Positions 62,467-64,000 of a stretch of DNA of 64,000 nucleotides are shown one piece after another. The stretch's first letter is position 1. Each line of letters starts with the position of its first letter. The translations under genes were made by a program, and so were the position numbers. This DNA comes from a virus (taxonomy: Duplodnaviria > Caudoviricetes): the IMG/VR virus record IMGVR_UViG_3300022723_000184, positions 32,001 through 96,000 of that record; one strand, 5' to 3'. The notes beneath the pieces were generated by a model. The model ran no database searches. It was not told the DNA's origin and saw only the letters and a list, made by a program, of their open reading frames with translations.

Positions 62467-64000
62467 TGACTCAATTTGGGTCGCTCAATCCGTACACGAT
62501 GATGAACCCTGGCATGGCCGTGGGCCCGCACACCGGGTTCGAGGGCATGCCGGGGTCGAACAATTTCATCGGCAACCTCCTCTACGGCCGGCTGGCGCAG
62601 CACATGCAGGCGTCGGGCTTCCAGCCCATGGGGCTCAACCAGCAGAACCTGCTGGACCAGGCCCGCAACGCCCAATTCATGCAGATGCACCAGACGATGA
62701 TGCAGCGAGCGGCAATGCAGGATCAGGAGAACACGATCCGCACTATGCAGGGCCTTGCCCGGGCCGCGGGCGCCACTTTCGGCTCTGAGCAGCGCGAGGC
62801 GACCATGGCCATGCTCAACCGGATCATGCCCCACATCGGTGGGCTCGCCGCGGACCCCAACATCGCTAACGCCCTGGAGCTGCTGGGCGGCCCACGGGGC
62901 TCCCAGGCGGTCATGGCCCACCGCGTGATCATGGGCAGCCGGTTCCGGTTCGACCCGGCCACCGGTCGTCTGGGGCAGGGCCCCGAGGCGATCGGGGCGA
63001 CGATCGAGGCCATGGGCGACCTGGTGAACCGGGACGACATCGCCGGCCTCCGCGGCTTCACCGCGGGGCAGGTCGGCAGCATGCAGCAATTCCTGTTGAG
63101 CCGGGGACTTCTGTCTTCAGGCACGGGCCGGGGCGGCGACATCGCGGCCCTGAATGCTTTGAACGACGGGGAGAGCGCCGTTGGACGCTGGCTGGACCGC
63201 CGGGGGATCGGGGCGGGGACCGACATCGCCACGCTCCGCCAGAGCACGGTCGACGAGATGCTGTCCGACCGCGAGATCGGATCGCTGGTCAGGGACGCTC
63301 CAGAGGCCCAGGGAGCCCGCAGGCGGTTCGACGCCCGCCGGGTGGCTGAACGGACCAGGGAGTTCCTGGGGGCAGCCAGGGCCATCGGAGACCTGTTCGG
63401 ACGGCCCGACGCGCTGATCCCTGAGCTGATGGCGACGTTGGAACAGTTCGTGGGGCCCACGGCCATGGCCCAGTTGAGCCCGACCCGGGTCGCTCAGATG
63501 GTCAGGGAGACGGCCGAGATGTCCCGGATGGCCGGGATGACGCCGCAGGCCGTGCTCGGTATGAGGCAGCACATCGCCAACCAGGCGATGGCCATGGGCG
63601 TAGAGCCGATCTTCAACCAGGGCATCCTCCGGGACACCATGGCTTTCTCCGCGGCCTTTACCGGCGTGGGCTTCACCCCGGGCTTCGGCCGGATGAGTGC
63701 TGACCAAGCCCGTCAGGCCTTCACCAACCAGCGGACGGCGGGTGTCGCCTCGGCGGCCTCCAACCGATTGTCGGCCTTTCTCCGGCTCCGCGCCGCTTCG
63801 GGTGGGCAGTTCGCCGACCCCGAAGCCGAGCGGATGGCCCAGGACATCCAGGCCGGCCGCCTCGACCGGATCCCGACCGTGGGCGAGCTGCACCGGCTGG
63901 TCACCCAGTCCGGACATGACGGCGCCACGTTCAACCGGCTGCTGGGGCAGACCGGGGCCAACCGCGAGTTCGGGATGGACGAGGGCCTACGGGCATCGAT
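62466..64000 (+). CDS. Probable tape measure protein, N-terminal part (runs off the window; missing from the ORF track)
   Basis: ATG at 62466 (MTQFGSLNPYTMM...), open to the window end, alpha-helical A/G/Q/M-rich, follows the chaperone pair. Confidence 0.7.
   Translation, partial: MTQFGSLNPYTMMNPGMAVGPHTGFEGMPGSNNFIGNLLYGRLAQHMQASGFQPMGLNQQNLLDQARNAQFMQMHQTMMQRAAMQDQENTIRTMQGLARAAGATFGSEQREATMAMLNRIMPHIGGLAADPNIANALELLGGPRGSQAVMAHRVIMGSRFRFDPATGRLGQGPEAIGATIEAMGDLVNRDDIAGLRGFTAGQVGSMQQFLLSRGLLSSGTGRGGDIAALNALNDGESAVGRWLDRRGIGAGTDIATLRQSTVDEMLSDREIGSLVRDAPEAQGARRRFDARRVAERTREFLGAARAIGDLFGRPDALIPELMATLEQFVGPTAMAQLSPTRVAQMVRETAEMSRMAGMTPQAVLGMRQHIANQAMAMGVEPIFNQGILRDTMAFSAAFTGVGFTPGFGRMSADQARQAFTNQRTAGVASAASNRLSAFLRLRAASGGQFADPEAERMAQDIQAGRLDRIPTVGELHRLVTQSGHDGATFNRLLGQTGANREFGMDEGLRAS

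Noticed and set aside
1-64000. tRNA, rRNA, integrase, terminase or portal genes
   Set aside because: No recognisable motifs or cloverleaf structures; intergenic gaps are short.

Overview
GC-rich segment of a large tailed (myovirus-like, contractile-tail) bacteriophage genome covering the virion-morphogenesis region. Nearly every credible gene is on the + strand. Gene order: putative internal head proteins; a phage-encoded multi-subunit RNA polymerase; more head proteins; prohead protease, scaffold, decoration protein and major capsid protein; a long fibre/adhesin block (GT2 glycosyltransferase-methyltransferase, repeat-rich fibres, three LamG proteins); neck proteins; an antisense HNH endonuclease; tail terminator, sheath and tube; a gp5/VgrG-like spike; a tail chaperone pair with a -1 frameshift site; and the start of the tape measure. 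The RNAP is arranged as beta fused to the N-half of beta' (with NADFDGD), plus a separate beta' C-half carrying a ~460-aa extra tail. Eleven full LAGLIDADG inteins are present: 6 in the beta/beta'N unit, 3 in beta'C and 2 in the protease. Most notable observations: (1) an RNAP that looks virion-packaged and protease-processed; (2) a recurrent K-x-A motif across head proteins, a likely protease site; (3) a 5-nt interruption GGC-TAG-GT inside the essential GRxGxKG motif of beta, either a stop-hop/bypass or an assembly error; (4) gene-specific families of related inteins; (5) a ~65-bp direct repeat and an AAAAG(T/C)ACTTTT box around RNAP and structural genes; (6) a one-to-one match between 'DWAVN' domains and LamG adhesin genes. 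No tRNA, rRNA or CRISPR array was seen. All product calls come from motif recognition by eye; no database search was run.
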